Made by a program: the position numbers and the translations under genes. Shown one piece after another: positions 10,051 through 20,860 of a DNA stretch of 64,000 nt (positions within the stretch are counted from its first letter, which is position 1; each line of letters opens with the position of its first letter). Source of the stretch: an uncultured delta proteobacterium. Its GTDB lineage: Bacteria > Desulfobacterota > Binatia > Binatales > Binataceae. A model generated the notes under the pieces. That model was not told where the DNA came from and did not search any database. It saw only the letters and a program-made list of their open reading frames with translations. Location: positions 658,937 to 722,936 of the forward strand of contig OY970324.1 in assembly GCA_963717005.1 (NCBI GenBank). The letters are read 5' to 3'.

Positions 10051-10587
10051 CTAGAAGTCGCGATCGGTTGGGCCGCACTCCGCGCCCGGCGTCCAATCGG
10101 CCGGGCAGAGTCGGCCGGTTCGGAGCGCGCGCACGATGCGAAGCGTCTCGCTGACGCTGCGTCCGATGTTCAGCGGGCATGACGAGGAATAGGCGACTTT
10201 GCGTTTGCGATCGAGGATGAAGGTCGCACGCAGCGCGACCTTCTCATCTTCGTCAAATACACCGTAGGCGCGCGCGAGACTGCCGTCGGGGTCGGCAAGC
10301 AGCGGGTAGGCGATCCCACCGAGCTCGCGGGCCCATCGAAGATGGCTGTCCACGGTGTCGATGCTGACGCCGACGATGGCGGTCGCTTCGGCGGCGAATT
10401 CCTTCAACGCCTGGTTGAAGCCGGTGACTTCGGTCGGACAGATGAAAGAGAAATCGCGCGGATAAAAAAAGATCAAGACCAGTTCGGACGGAATCTTCGC
10501 GAGACTCAGGTGGGCGCTACGCCCGTCAAGGGCGCATTCGAGATCGAACGGCGGAGCGGGATCGCCGGGCTTCAGCATCGCGGCCAA
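10051..10587 (-). CDS. ahpC: 2-Cys peroxiredoxin (AhpC/TSA family)
   Basis: FFYPRDFSFICPTE peroxidatic motif; LCPADW resolving Cys. Confidence 0.9.
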   Translation of the reverse strand: MAAMLKPGDPAPPFDLECALDGRSAHLSLAKIPSELVLIFFYPRDFSFICPTEVTGFNQALKEFAAEATAIVGVSIDTVDSHLRWARELGGIAYPLLADPDGSLARAYGVFDEDEKVALRATFILDRKRKVAYSSSCPLNIGRSVSETLRIVRALRTGRLCPADWTPGAECGPTDRDF

Positions 10588-10589
10588 AC

Positions 10590-11315
10590 CTACTCAATCT
10601 CGAAGGTTAGCGAAACCGTCGCCGGCACCGTGACTTCGCCGGGTTCGACCGGCGTTGCGACGTTCGCCGACATCGCCATCGCCCTCCCCATATACAACGG
10701 GGTCGGCCGCTGCTCGGATACCGTCGTCGCCTTGAGGACCTTGCCGAGTTTCACGTCGAGCGCCGCTGCGAGCGCTTCGGCTTGCGCGCGAGCGTCGCGA
10801 GTTGCGATCGCGATCGCCGCGGTGCGCGCCTTGGTGTCGTCCTTGACGCTGAAGCTCAGCGAGTTGATGCGATTCGCACCGGCCGCGATCGCCGTATCCA
10901 TCAACGCGCCGACGAGGTCCAGCGCCCCGGTATTCACCGTCACAGAGTTTTGGGCGTCGTAGCCGACGATCGTGGGTTTTTGGCTCGGACGCTGGTCGTA
11001 TTCGGGATTCAGCGAGTAGCCGCCGGTGGTAATCTTGCCCTGGTCGCCGAGTTTGGACTTGAGCGCGTCGATCACCTTCGTGGCCAGCGCGGCGTTGAGG
11101 TTGGCGGCTTGCTCGGCGGTCTTCGCATGAGTCTCAATCGCGAGGTCCAAATCGGCGGTGTCAGGCGACGTGCGGGTCTCTCCGCTGCCGTTAACTTCAA
11201 TCGTGCGGCGTTCGAAAACGTTGGTACCGCTTTGTGTAGGCGCCGCCGAAGCAAAGCCCGCGCTTACAATCACAATCGCAAGGCCGACGGTCGCTGCTCG
11301 GAGTCTCAGCTTCAT
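10590..11315 (-). CDS. SIMPL domain (DUF541) secreted protein
   Basis: Signal peptide MKLRLRAATV...ASA; I.V.G.GE....PD.A, GANRI..LSF, PVEPGEVTV.A.V...FEI. Start at ATG 11315, not the 740-aa ORF start. Confidence 0.88.
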   Translation of the reverse strand: MKLRLRAATVGLAIVIVSAGFASAAPTQSGTNVFERRTIEVNGSGETRTSPDTADLDLAIETHAKTAEQAANLNAALATKVIDALKSKLGDQGKITTGGYSLNPEYDQRPSQKPTIVGYDAQNSVTVNTGALDLVGALMDTAIAAGANRINSLSFSVKDDTKARTAAIAIATRDARAQAEALAAALDVKLGKVLKATTVSEQRPTPLYMGRAMAMSANVATPVEPGEVTVPATVSLTFEIE

Positions 11316-11414
11316 GACTTTCACCTCGGGCGCGCTCCGGACTAAGTTGATTCGAGGCGGCTTTATCCGGAGACTGTACCAATTGACGATAATCAAAGTC
11401 GTCACGCAAGACGA

Positions 11415-12887
11415 ATGGCGGAAAAACAACCAAAGCAGAACGACAAGAAGGTAACGCCGCGTAGCGAGGATTTCGCCGCGTGGTACAACGACATCTGCCT
11501 GCGCGCCGAGCTGGCCGACTACTCGCCGGTGCGCGGATGCATCGTGTTTCGCCCCGACGGCTTTGCGATTTGGGAGGCGCTGCGCGACGAGCTCGACCGC
11601 CGCATCAAGAAGACCGGCGCGCGCAATGCATACTTTCCGCTGTTCATCCCCCAGAGCTTCCTGCAGAAGGAAGCGGAACACGTCGAAGGATTTGCGCCTG
11701 AGCTGGCGGTCGTCACCCACGGCGGCGGCAAGGAGCTCGAAGAGCCGCTGATCGTGCGGCCGACGTCCGAGACGATTATCAACCATATGTTCGCGCAGTG
11801 GATCAGATCGCATCGCGACCTGCCGATGATGGTCAATCAATGGTGCAACGTGGTGCGATGGGAAATGCGCACGCGTATGTTTCTGCGCACCACGGAATTC
11901 CTCTGGCAGGAGGGTCACACCGCGCACGCGACGGCCGAGGAAGCGCAAACCGAGACGCTCGGGATGCTGGAAGTGTATCGGCAGTTCGTCGAAGAGTTTT
12001 TGGCGATCCCGCTGATCGTCGGGCGCAAGAGCGCGGCCGAGCGATTTCCCGGCGCGGTCGAGACTTATTCGATCGAGGGTTTGATGGGTGACGGGCGCGC
12101 GCTGCAATGCGGCACGTCGCATTTTCTCGGCCAGAATTTCGCGAAGCCATTCGAGATTCGCTACCTCGACGAGCAAAACCAGATGCAGTTCGTGTGGCAG
12201 ACGAGTTGGGGCGTATCGACGCGGCTGCTTGGCGCTATTGTGATGGCGCACGGCGACGACCAGGGACTGCGGCTGCCGCCGACGGTCGCATCGACGCAGG
12301 CCGTCATCGTGCCGATTTTCCGCAAACCCGAGGAAGGGGCGACGGTGCTCGCGGCGGCGGGTGCCGCGCTGGAAGCGCTGACGCGGGCCGGCATCCGCGC
12401 GCGCATCGACGAGCGCGAAGGCATGACGCCGGGGTTCAAGTTCAACGATTGGGAGATGCGCGGCGTGCCGGTGCGAATCGAGATCGGACCGCGCGACGTT
12501 GCCTCGGGCGAGGCCGTTCTCGCGCGCCGCGACAAGTCGGGGCCGGAAGCGAAGAGCAAAGCGTCGCTCGCGACAATCGCGGATACGGTGAGCGCGCTGC
12601 TCGGCGAGATTCAGAAAAATCTCTACGCGCAAGCCAGGGCCGCGATGATTGCGAACACGCGAAAGTTCGACGACTACACGGCGTTTCGCAAGCACATGGA
12701 AGGTGAAGGCGGCGGCGGATTTGCCGACGTCTATTGGTGCGGCAATCCGGCGTGCGAGACACGAATCCGCGAAGAGACCAAGGCGACCTGCCGGGTGATT
12801 CCACTCACGCAAGAAGGGAACGCGGGCAAGTGCCTGGTATGCGGTGAATCAGCCACCGAGCGCGCATACTTCGCAAAGTCGTACTGA
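11415..12887 (+). CDS. proS: Proline--tRNA ligase (archaeal/eukaryotic-type)
   Basis: SPVRGCIVFRP, VRPTSETII, RTTEFLWQEGHT, QTSWGVSTRL; C-terminal Zn Cys cluster and terminal AKSY. Confidence 0.96.
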   Translation: MAEKQPKQNDKKVTPRSEDFAAWYNDICLRAELADYSPVRGCIVFRPDGFAIWEALRDELDRRIKKTGARNAYFPLFIPQSFLQKEAEHVEGFAPELAVVTHGGGKELEEPLIVRPTSETIINHMFAQWIRSHRDLPMMVNQWCNVVRWEMRTRMFLRTTEFLWQEGHTAHATAEEAQTETLGMLEVYRQFVEEFLAIPLIVGRKSAAERFPGAVETYSIEGLMGDGRALQCGTSHFLGQNFAKPFEIRYLDEQNQMQFVWQTSWGVSTRLLGAIVMAHGDDQGLRLPPTVASTQAVIVPIFRKPEEGATVLAAAGAALEALTRAGIRARIDEREGMTPGFKFNDWEMRGVPVRIEIGPRDVASGEAVLARRDKSGPEAKSKASLATIADTVSALLGEIQKNLYAQARAAMIANTRKFDDYTAFRKHMEGEGGGGFADVYWCGNPACETRIREETKATCRVIPLTQEGNAGKCLVCGESATERAYFAKSY

Positions 12888-12896
12888 CCGCTGCGA

Positions 12897-13899
<1,003 letters not shown>

Positions 13900-13906
13900 T
13901 CAATAG

Positions 13907-14782
13907 TCAGTTGGCAAACAGACTGCATAATGTCGCCAGGTTCTCGATATCCTCTTTCATCTCGGGTCCCTTCGGTGTTTCCAGGCACATTGGCAGTCCG
14001 AAAAATCGCTCGTCGTTCAGCAGACGGCGAAACGCATCGAGTCCAATAAACCCCTTTCCTATATGCTGATGGCGATCGACGCGCGAATGAAAGTCCTTGA
14101 TCGAGTCGTTCAGATGAAACGCGGCGAGCCGCTTGAGCCCAACAAATTTGTCGAGCTCGCCGAACGTATTTTCGTAGCCTTCGGGCGTGCGAATATCGTA
14201 GCCGGCGGCAAATGCGTGCTCGGTGTCGAAACACAGCCGCAACCGCTCGTTCTCGACTACGGCGTCGAATATCTGCGCCATCTGCTCGAATGTATGGCCC
14301 AGATTACTGCCCTGGCCGGCCGTAATTTCGAGCGCAATCCTGACCTTGAAGCCTTTGCTGGCGGCGTGCGCCTCGTCGATCGATTTCGCGATCGTCCTGA
14401 TGCCGTTCTCGATGCCCGAGCCGACGTGAGCGCCCGGATGGGTGACCAGAATCGGCACGCCAAGCGCCTCGCATCGATGCAGCTCGTCGATAAATCCTTT
14501 GACCGACTTGAGCCGCATCGCTTCATCCGGTGCGCCGAGATTCACCAGGTAGGAGTCGTGCGCGATCACGGTCGCGATGCCGGTCTCGACTCGATTGCGC
14601 CTGAACGTTTCGATTTCCTCTTTCGTGTATGGCTTTGACGCCCACTGCCGCGAGGACTTGGTAAATATCTGGATGCATTCGCAGCCGACTTGTTTGCCCC
14701 GGTTCAGCGCCTCGCCGACTTCGCCGGCAATCGACATATGCGCGCCAAGGATTGGACGACTGGGTTTGCCGGTGTTTGCCAT
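13907..14782 (-). CDS. nfo: Endonuclease IV (AP endonuclease)
   Basis: LGAHMSIAG, HDSYLVNLG, THPGAH, LEITAGQG, CFDTEHAFAAGYD, FHLNDS...DRHQHIG, LETP. Confidence 0.96.
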   Translation of the reverse strand: MANTGKPSRPILGAHMSIAGEVGEALNRGKQVGCECIQIFTKSSRQWASKPYTKEEIETFRRNRVETGIATVIAHDSYLVNLGAPDEAMRLKSVKGFIDELHRCEALGVPILVTHPGAHVGSGIENGIRTIAKSIDEAHAASKGFKVRIALEITAGQGSNLGHTFEQMAQIFDAVVENERLRLCFDTEHAFAAGYDIRTPEGYENTFGELDKFVGLKRLAAFHLNDSIKDFHSRVDRHQHIGKGFIGLDAFRRLLNDERFFGLPMCLETPKGPEMKEDIENLATLCSLFAN

Positions 14783-14905
14783 CGTGAGACGACGCGTCTG
14801 CCCGCCCCCTTCGTTGGACGCGAGCGCATCGCGATTTTATACGAAAGAACGCCCAAAGCGAGTGCCGGAAATCGGCGCCAATGCTCTTGCCCGCGACGCC
14901 CTTCG

Positions 14906-15337
14906 GTGGATACTTCATTACTCGTGCGAATCGCGATCATCATCGGGCTGACGATTGCCGCCACCGGATGCGCTCATGTGGTGTCGCTGCCGCCCCAGGT
15001 CACGCTTTCCGAAGTGGAGCCGTCGGGCCGCGCTGCCAAGCCGCCCGACTGCGATATGCCGGTGTTACGACACGACCCGCTGAGAGATTTTCGCAAGGTC
15101 GCGATCGTGGAGGCGATGGGAAACCGTTATGCCAGCGAAGCCGACGTGCTGCCGGCGGTGCAGCGCAAGGCCTGTGAAACCGGGGCCGACGCGATAGTCG
15201 TACTCACCAGCCGGGCGCAGACCACCGAAGACGCCACCGGCTACTACATCGATTCGGTCGCCATCGTGTATGGCAAGGAAAATCCGGCCACGGGCGGCGC
15301 CGCTTACAAGATTCCTCTGATCCCTCACGGAAATTGA
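14906..15337 (+). CDS. Hypothetical lipoprotein (start GTG 14906 or 14924)
   Basis: Hydrophobic N-terminus with lipobox AATGC; ..KACETGADAIVV resembles a YbjQ/RcsF-like alpha/beta motif. Confidence 0.6.
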   Translation: MDTSLLVRIAIIIGLTIAATGCAHVVSLPPQVTLSEVEPSGRAAKPPDCDMPVLRHDPLRDFRKVAIVEAMGNRYASEADVLPAVQRKACETGADAIVVLTSRAQTTEDATGYYIDSVAIVYGKENPATGGAAYKIPLIPHGN

Positions 15338-15394
15338 AAATGTACATCCAGCGCTTTCGCCTCACTCCGGATTTCGGCGCATGATGAGCATCTG

Positions 15395-16261
15395 ATGGCG
15401 TCGGCAAAGCGCTCCATACAAACGGTCGGGCTGGTCGTCAAGCGCGAGCGGCCCGAAGCGGTTACCATCGCGCGAACCCTCGCCCGCTTTCTGCGCGGCA
15501 AGCACAAGACTCCGATCGCGGATTCGCAGACCGCGCAAAAGATCGGCGCCGACGCCGTCGAGCGCCATCAGCTCGCCGATCATGCCGATCTGATCGTCGT
15601 GCTGGGCGGCGATGGCACACTGCTCGGCGTCGCGCGGCTGGTCGCCGCGAAGGGAATTCCGATTATCGGCGTGAATCTTGGCGGGCTCGGTTTTCTGACC
15701 GAGGTGACCATCAGGGAAGCGCAAGCGGCCCTTGGACGCGTGCTCGCCGGCGACTACGAAGTCGATAAGCGCATCATGCTTGAGGCGATCATCGAACGCG
15801 CATCGGAACAGCTCGCTCAATCGTTTCAAGCCTTCAATGACGTGGTCGTCGGCAAAGGCCCGCTTGGCAGGATGCTCGAGCTCGAGGTGTTCGCCAACCA
15901 CACCGCGTTCTGCTCGTATCGCGCTGACGGCTTGATCGTCGCAACTCCCACCGGATCGACCGCGTACGCGCTCTCGGCCGGCGGCCCAATCGTTTATCCG
16001 ACGCTGGGCGCGATCGTGCTGGCGCCAATCTGTCCCCATACTCTGAGCAACCGCCCGGTGGTATTGCCCGACAGCTACGAAATCGAGATTCACGTCAAAG
16101 CGCCCGATCACGATACGACTTTGACAGTTGACGGCCAGGAGTCGGCGCAGCTTGGTCCGGAGGACATAATCAAGATTCATCGCGGACGCCACGTCGTTTC
16201 GCTGATTCGCTCCGCGCATCCGTATTTCGAAATCTGGCGCGACAAGCTCCACTGGGGATAG
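15395..16261 (+). CDS. nadK: NAD(+) kinase
   Basis: VLGGDGTLL, GVNLGGLGFL, NDVVV, DGLIVATPTGSTAYALSAGGPI. Confidence 0.96.
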   Translation: MASAKRSIQTVGLVVKRERPEAVTIARTLARFLRGKHKTPIADSQTAQKIGADAVERHQLADHADLIVVLGGDGTLLGVARLVAAKGIPIIGVNLGGLGFLTEVTIREAQAALGRVLAGDYEVDKRIMLEAIIERASEQLAQSFQAFNDVVVGKGPLGRMLELEVFANHTAFCSYRADGLIVATPTGSTAYALSAGGPIVYPTLGAIVLAPICPHTLSNRPVVLPDSYEIEIHVKAPDHDTTLTVDGQESAQLGPEDIIKIHRGRHVVSLIRSAHPYFEIWRDKLHWG

Positions 16262-16276
16262 CCGCGCGCGTCCCGA

Positions 16277-17974
16277 ATGCTGCTCGAACTGCACATTCGC
16301 AACTTCGCGATCATCGAAGAAGCCAATCTCGAGTTCGGTGCCGGCCTCAACGTGCTCTCCGGAGAGACCGGCGCCGGCAAAACGATCGTCTTGAGCGCGC
16401 TCGGATTGCTGCTCGGCTCGCGCGCGTCACCCGACCTGATTCGCGCCGGCGAGAAAGAAGCGGTGGTCGAAGGGCTGTTCGAACTCGAGGGCGAAGCCGC
16501 AATGCCGGAGCTGGCCGCGCGCAAAAGCGAGGGCCGCAGCCGCGAGTTGCTCGTGCGCAGGGTAATCGCCGAGGGCGGCGGACGCTCGCGCGTCACCATC
16601 GACGGCGAACTCGCCACGGTGCAGAGCCTCGCCAGGATCGGCGCGTCTTTGGTCCAGGTCTATGGGCAGCACGAGCAGCATTCGCTGCTCCGCGCCGAGA
16701 GCCATCGCGAGATTCTCGATCGCTTCGCAAACCTCGACGCCGAACTCGTATCCTATTGCGAACGTTATGCGCACGCGCAGGAAATCCAGGCGCGCCTTCA
16801 GGACCTGAATCGCCGCGAACGTGAACGGGCGGATTTGCTGGAGCTCGCAAGATTCCGCGCGCTCGAACTCGAACGCGCCGGACTCGTCGCCGGTGAGGAT
16901 GAAGCGCTCGCGCAAGAACGAACCGTGCTCTCCAACGCGAGCAAGCTCGCCAGCGCCGCGCTCGAAGCGGAGCAGGCGCTGTATGGCGCCGACGGCGCTG
17001 CGACCGACACGGTTTCGCGGGCCGAGGCGCGCCTGATCGACGCGGCGGCGCTCGATCCGAAACTTGGCGACGCACTCGAGATGATCAAGTCGGCCCGCGC
17101 GAACCTTGAAGAGGCGGCGCGCACGCTCGGCGCGTACGCGTCCCGGATCGAAGCGGATCCGCCGCGTCTGGAGGAAATCGACAACCGCATCCAGGAGCTG
17201 GCCCGGCTCAAGCGCAAGTACGGCGGGTCGATCGATACCGCGCTCGAAACGCTGGCGCGCTCGCGGGCGGAGATCGGCGAGCTCGAAGGAATCGGCGAGT
17301 CGAAAGCGCAAGTCGAAGCCGCAATGGCGGCGGCGCTCGACGAACTGGCCGCGCATGCGAATAAACTGTCGTCGATTCGCAAACGCGCCGCCGCTGAGCT
17401 CGGCCGCAAGATGGAAGCTGAACTGAAATCGCTTGGGATGCACTCGCCGGGCTTCGAGCCGCGCCTCGCTGAGTTCGCTCCGGACGAAGCCGGCTTCGTG
17501 CACGACGGCGCCGCGCTTGGTCCGTTCGGGATCGATACCGTCGAGTTTCATTTGTCACCGAATGTCGGCCAGCCCGCGATGCCGCTGCTTAGAATCGCCT
17601 CGGGCGGCGAGCTTTCGCGCGTGATGCTCGCGCTCAAGCGCCTCGAGGCGCAGCGCCGCGGCGTCGCCACGATGATTTTCGATGAAGTGGACGCGGGAAT
17701 CGGCGGCGCAATCGCCCAGGTCGTCGGGCGCAAACTGAAACAGCTCTCGCACTTTCATCAAATCTTATGCGTCACGCACCTGGCGCAGATTGCGGCGTTC
17801 GCCGACCGTCATCTCACCGTCGAAAAGGAAGAGCGGCGCGGCTCGACCCGCAGCCGTGTCGCGATCCTCGAACCCGGCGATCGCACCGAGGAGTTGGCGC
17901 GCATGCTCGGCGGTGAGGTCTCCGACAAATTCCGCCGCGCCGCCCGCGAACTGCTGGATCGCGCGCGCGAATAA
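16277..17974 (+). CDS. recN: DNA repair protein RecN
   Basis: IRNFAII, SGETGAGKT Walker A, SGGELSR, FDEVDAGIGG, LCVTHLAQIA; adjacent to nadK. Confidence 0.96.
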   Translation: MLLELHIRNFAIIEEANLEFGAGLNVLSGETGAGKTIVLSALGLLLGSRASPDLIRAGEKEAVVEGLFELEGEAAMPELAARKSEGRSRELLVRRVIAEGGGRSRVTIDGELATVQSLARIGASLVQVYGQHEQHSLLRAESHREILDRFANLDAELVSYCERYAHAQEIQARLQDLNRRERERADLLELARFRALELERAGLVAGEDEALAQERTVLSNASKLASAALEAEQALYGADGAATDTVSRAEARLIDAAALDPKLGDALEMIKSARANLEEAARTLGAYASRIEADPPRLEEIDNRIQELARLKRKYGGSIDTALETLARSRAEIGELEGIGESKAQVEAAMAAALDELAAHANKLSSIRKRAAAELGRKMEAELKSLGMHSPGFEPRLAEFAPDEAGFVHDGAALGPFGIDTVEFHLSPNVGQPAMPLLRIASGGELSRVMLALKRLEAQRRGVATMIFDEVDAGIGGAIAQVVGRKLKQLSHFHQILCVTHLAQIAAFADRHLTVEKEERRGSTRSRVAILEPGDRTEELARMLGGEVSDKFRRAARELLDRARE

Positions 17975-17981
17975 CCCGCGC

Positions 17982-18011
17982 TTGACGCCGCTTCGCCAAC
18001 GGCGCTAAACG
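17982..18011 (+). promoter_or_regulatory. Promoter-like motif TTGACGC-N13-GCGCTAA
   Basis: Identical spacing recurs at 26213 and 28253, each upstream of a + strand gene. Confidence 0.5.
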
Positions 18012-18049
18012 GCGATCAGGCTTCCGACATTTCACCGGAGGATCCCGCA

Positions 18050-19150
18050 ATGGATGGTGACAAAATCCTGTCCGCGGATTCGCATGTGATCGAACCCGCC
18101 AACGTCTGGAGCGCGCGAATCGACAAGCGCTTTCTCGACCGTGCCCCGCGCGTCATCAAGCACGCCGGTAATCGCGAAGGCGACTTCTTCATCGCCGAGG
18201 GGTTGCGGCCGTTCCCGGTAGCCGGATTCGCCGTCGCCGGCGTCGATCCGAAGGACTTTGCCGAGAAGATGGCGGGCGGTTACCCCGGCGTCCGTCCTAG
18301 CGCGTGGGACCCCGATCTCCGAATCAAGGACCAGGATCGCGACGGGGTCTCGGGCGAAGTGCTGTATCCAAGCCTCGGGATGCGCCTGTTTCAAATGGAA
18401 GACGGCGAACTGCGTGCGGCGTGCTTTCGCGCGTACAACGACTGGCTGGCCGACTACTGCGCGCACAGCCCACGGCGCCTGGCTGGAGTCGCGATGGTCT
18501 CGCTCGACGATCCGCTCGAAGGTGTTGAGGAACTCCGTCGCGCGGCGAACAAGGGTCTGCGCGGCGCGATGATCTGGGGCGCGGCGCCGGCCGAGCGTCC
18601 ATACAGCGACCCGTCATACGATCCGTTCTGGGCGGCGGCACAGGATCTCGGAACGCCGCTCAGCTTGCATATCCTGACCGAGCGCCGCGGCGGCAGCGAT
18701 TTTCAAAGCGTGATGAAAGGCTACCCGGCGCTGCATCATTCGGTCGAGCGTTCGCTCACCGAAATCATTTTCGCGGGCGTGCTCGAACGCTTTCCCAGGC
18801 TAAGGTTTGTTTCGGTCGAGAACGATATCGGATGGATTCCGCATTTTCTCCAGCGTCTCGACCATTCGTTCGAGAAATATCGCTACCTCGAGAAGGCGAC
18901 GATAACGAATCCGCCAAGTTACTATTTTCGACGTCAGGTCGCGGCGACTTTTCAGGACGATCGGGTCGGGGTGGTGACGCGGCATTTTATCGGCGTCAAA
19001 AGCCTGATGTGGGGATCGGACTTCCCCCATTCGGACTCGACCTGGCCGAATTCGCTAGAGGTAATTGCGCGCGATTTCGAGGGTGTTCCGGCCGACGAAC
19101 GCCGACTGATGACCTCGGACAACGTCGCCGCGCTTTACGGCTTCGATTGA
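18050..19150 (+). CDS. Amidohydrolase family protein (amidohydrolase_2)
   Basis: SADSHVIEP metal motif, EVLYPSLG, AYNDWLADYC, FVSVENDIGW, WGSDFPHSD. Confidence 0.9.
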   Translation: MDGDKILSADSHVIEPANVWSARIDKRFLDRAPRVIKHAGNREGDFFIAEGLRPFPVAGFAVAGVDPKDFAEKMAGGYPGVRPSAWDPDLRIKDQDRDGVSGEVLYPSLGMRLFQMEDGELRAACFRAYNDWLADYCAHSPRRLAGVAMVSLDDPLEGVEELRRAANKGLRGAMIWGAAPAERPYSDPSYDPFWAAAQDLGTPLSLHILTERRGGSDFQSVMKGYPALHHSVERSLTEIIFAGVLERFPRLRFVSVENDIGWIPHFLQRLDHSFEKYRYLEKATITNPPSYYFRRQVAATFQDDRVGVVTRHFIGVKSLMWGSDFPHSDSTWPNSLEVIARDFEGVPADERRLMTSDNVAALYGFD

Positions 19151-19207
19151 ACAGGTCGGTTGACTCCACCGGCGGTATCCGGTTAGCTGAAAAATCTCGC
19201 CAACGGT

Positions 19208-19284
19208 GGGGCTGTAGCTCAGTTTGGGAGAGCGCCTGAATGGCATTCAGGAGGTCGCGCGTTCGATCCGCGTCAGCTCCACCA
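19208..19284 (+). tRNA. tRNA-Ala (GGC)
   Basis: GGGGCTGTAGCTCAG...; anticodon arm CCTGA-ATGGCAT-TCAGG; T-loop GTTCGATCC; encoded CCA end. Confidence 0.96.
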
Positions 19285-19336
19285 ATCAAATCGAACATTG
19301 TAATGTGACTCGAACGGCGTAACAGGAGTCGTACGC

Positions 19337-19987
19337 ATGGCATTGAAAGTGGTCGGCGCCGGATTTGGACGGACTGGCACGTTGTCACTCAAGATCGCGC
19401 TCGAGAAGCTCGGCTGCGGTCCCTGCTATCACATGATGGAAGTCTTTCCGCGACCCGAGCACGTCGCGATGTGGCATCGGTTGGCTTTCGAGAATCGGAT
19501 GGACTGGGACGAGATCTTCGGGGGCTTCCAGGCAACAGTGGATTGGCCGGCGGCGCGATGGTGGCGCGAAATTGCCGCCCACTTTCCGGACGCGAAAGTT
19601 CTGCTGTCGGTACGCGATCCGGAAGCCTGGTACAAGAGCGTGATCGATACCATCTACCAGCCGATGAAGGAGCCGGCGCCCGACGGCGCGCCGGAAATTG
19701 TCCGCCTCCAGAGCGCGATGGTCCGAAAAGCGATTCTCGCCGAGACGTTCGACAGTCGTTTCGAGGACAAGGCTCACGCAATTGGCGTATTCAAGCGCCA
19801 CAACCAGGAGGTCCGCGATTCGATCGATCCGGCGCGCCTGCTGGTGTTCGACGTGCGCGAAGGATGGGCGCCGCTATGCCGCTTCCTCGAAGTGCCTATA
19901 CCGGACGAGCCGTTCCCGCGGCTTAACGATACCGCTACCACTCAGGCGATGATTCGGATGATGAATGAATCGATGCGCAAAGCCTGA
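19337..19987 (+). CDS. Sulfotransferase-family (P-loop) protein
   Basis: KVVGAGFGRTGTLSLK.ALE.LG..PCYHM; F.ATVDWP; RDPEAWY.S; EGWAPLC.FL. Confidence 0.85.
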   Translation: MALKVVGAGFGRTGTLSLKIALEKLGCGPCYHMMEVFPRPEHVAMWHRLAFENRMDWDEIFGGFQATVDWPAARWWREIAAHFPDAKVLLSVRDPEAWYKSVIDTIYQPMKEPAPDGAPEIVRLQSAMVRKAILAETFDSRFEDKAHAIGVFKRHNQEVRDSIDPARLLVFDVREGWAPLCRFLEVPIPDEPFPRLNDTATTQAMIRMMNESMRKA

Positions 19988-19990
19988 ATG

Positions 19991-20831
19991 CTAGCGCGAG
20001 CGAGACATAAGCTGATCGCGAGGTTCGGCATCGTGCCTCCTTGCCGACTCAATTTTCTTCAAGTAGGGGACGACATCAGGCGCGAACGCCGGATGCTCGC
20101 GCAGTCTGGCGAAGTGGGCAAAGGCCAGCGGAAAATCCGCATCAATAGCGGCGTGCAGAATTGGTTCCAGACCCTTCTTCAGTAGCTCGCCGGGTCGCAT
20201 CCTTTCGTTGAAGAACAAGGCCAATTCGGCGACGAAGCAGATATCCGCTAATGAGATATTTTCACCTACCAGGAACTCGCGGTCGGGCGAAAGCGCCTGG
20301 TTGATTCCTGTCATATAGGCCGCGAAGCCATCGCGCATTCTCGAGTGAATCTCAGGCGACAAAGTTCCGTTGATCAAGGAGAGCAGATAGATCTGCGAGT
20401 CGCGCGCGAACACGAGACTTGCGTCGAGAAAACTATCCACGCGCGCCGCTTCGTAAGCACCGCAGCCGTATAGCGGAAACCGCTTTTCGCCGAGGCGGGC
20501 GACGGCTCGCATAATACTGTTGGATTCGAAGATGCCGGTCTTGCCATCAGGGCTGAAAGCAGCCGGCACGGTGCCAAACGGATGCGCCTCCATGAAGGCG
20601 CTGGTTTTGTGAAGGGTTCCGCTGAAACCTGTCTTGCCAGTCCTGGTGTCGCGCAGAGGCCGCCAGCTCATCGCTCGACAGCGGATGCGCGTCAAAATCC
20701 CATAGCCAGGATTGAAGCTCCTTGGGCGAGCTTCCCCTTACCTCAACCTCGACACCGCAGAGACGCGCAGCGATGGTAGCTTTCCAAATGCGAGGGTTAG
20801 GCAGGTACGAGAATATTCGCAGGTCAGTCAT
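19991..20831 (-). pseudogene. Glutathione S-transferase family protein, frameshifted near 20651-20659
   Basis: N-part MTDLRIFSYLPNPRIWKATIAA and C-part HPFGTVPA...IFESNSIMR...FLVGENISLADI lie in different frames and join into one GST. Confidence 0.75.
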
Positions 20832-20860
20832 GGATCGTTCCTCCGGCTAAGACCTATCGC

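Noticed and set aside
10590-12812. 740-aa minus-strand ORF
   Set aside because: The upstream part is the antisense shadow of proS; only 10590-11315 (SIMPL) looks like a real protein
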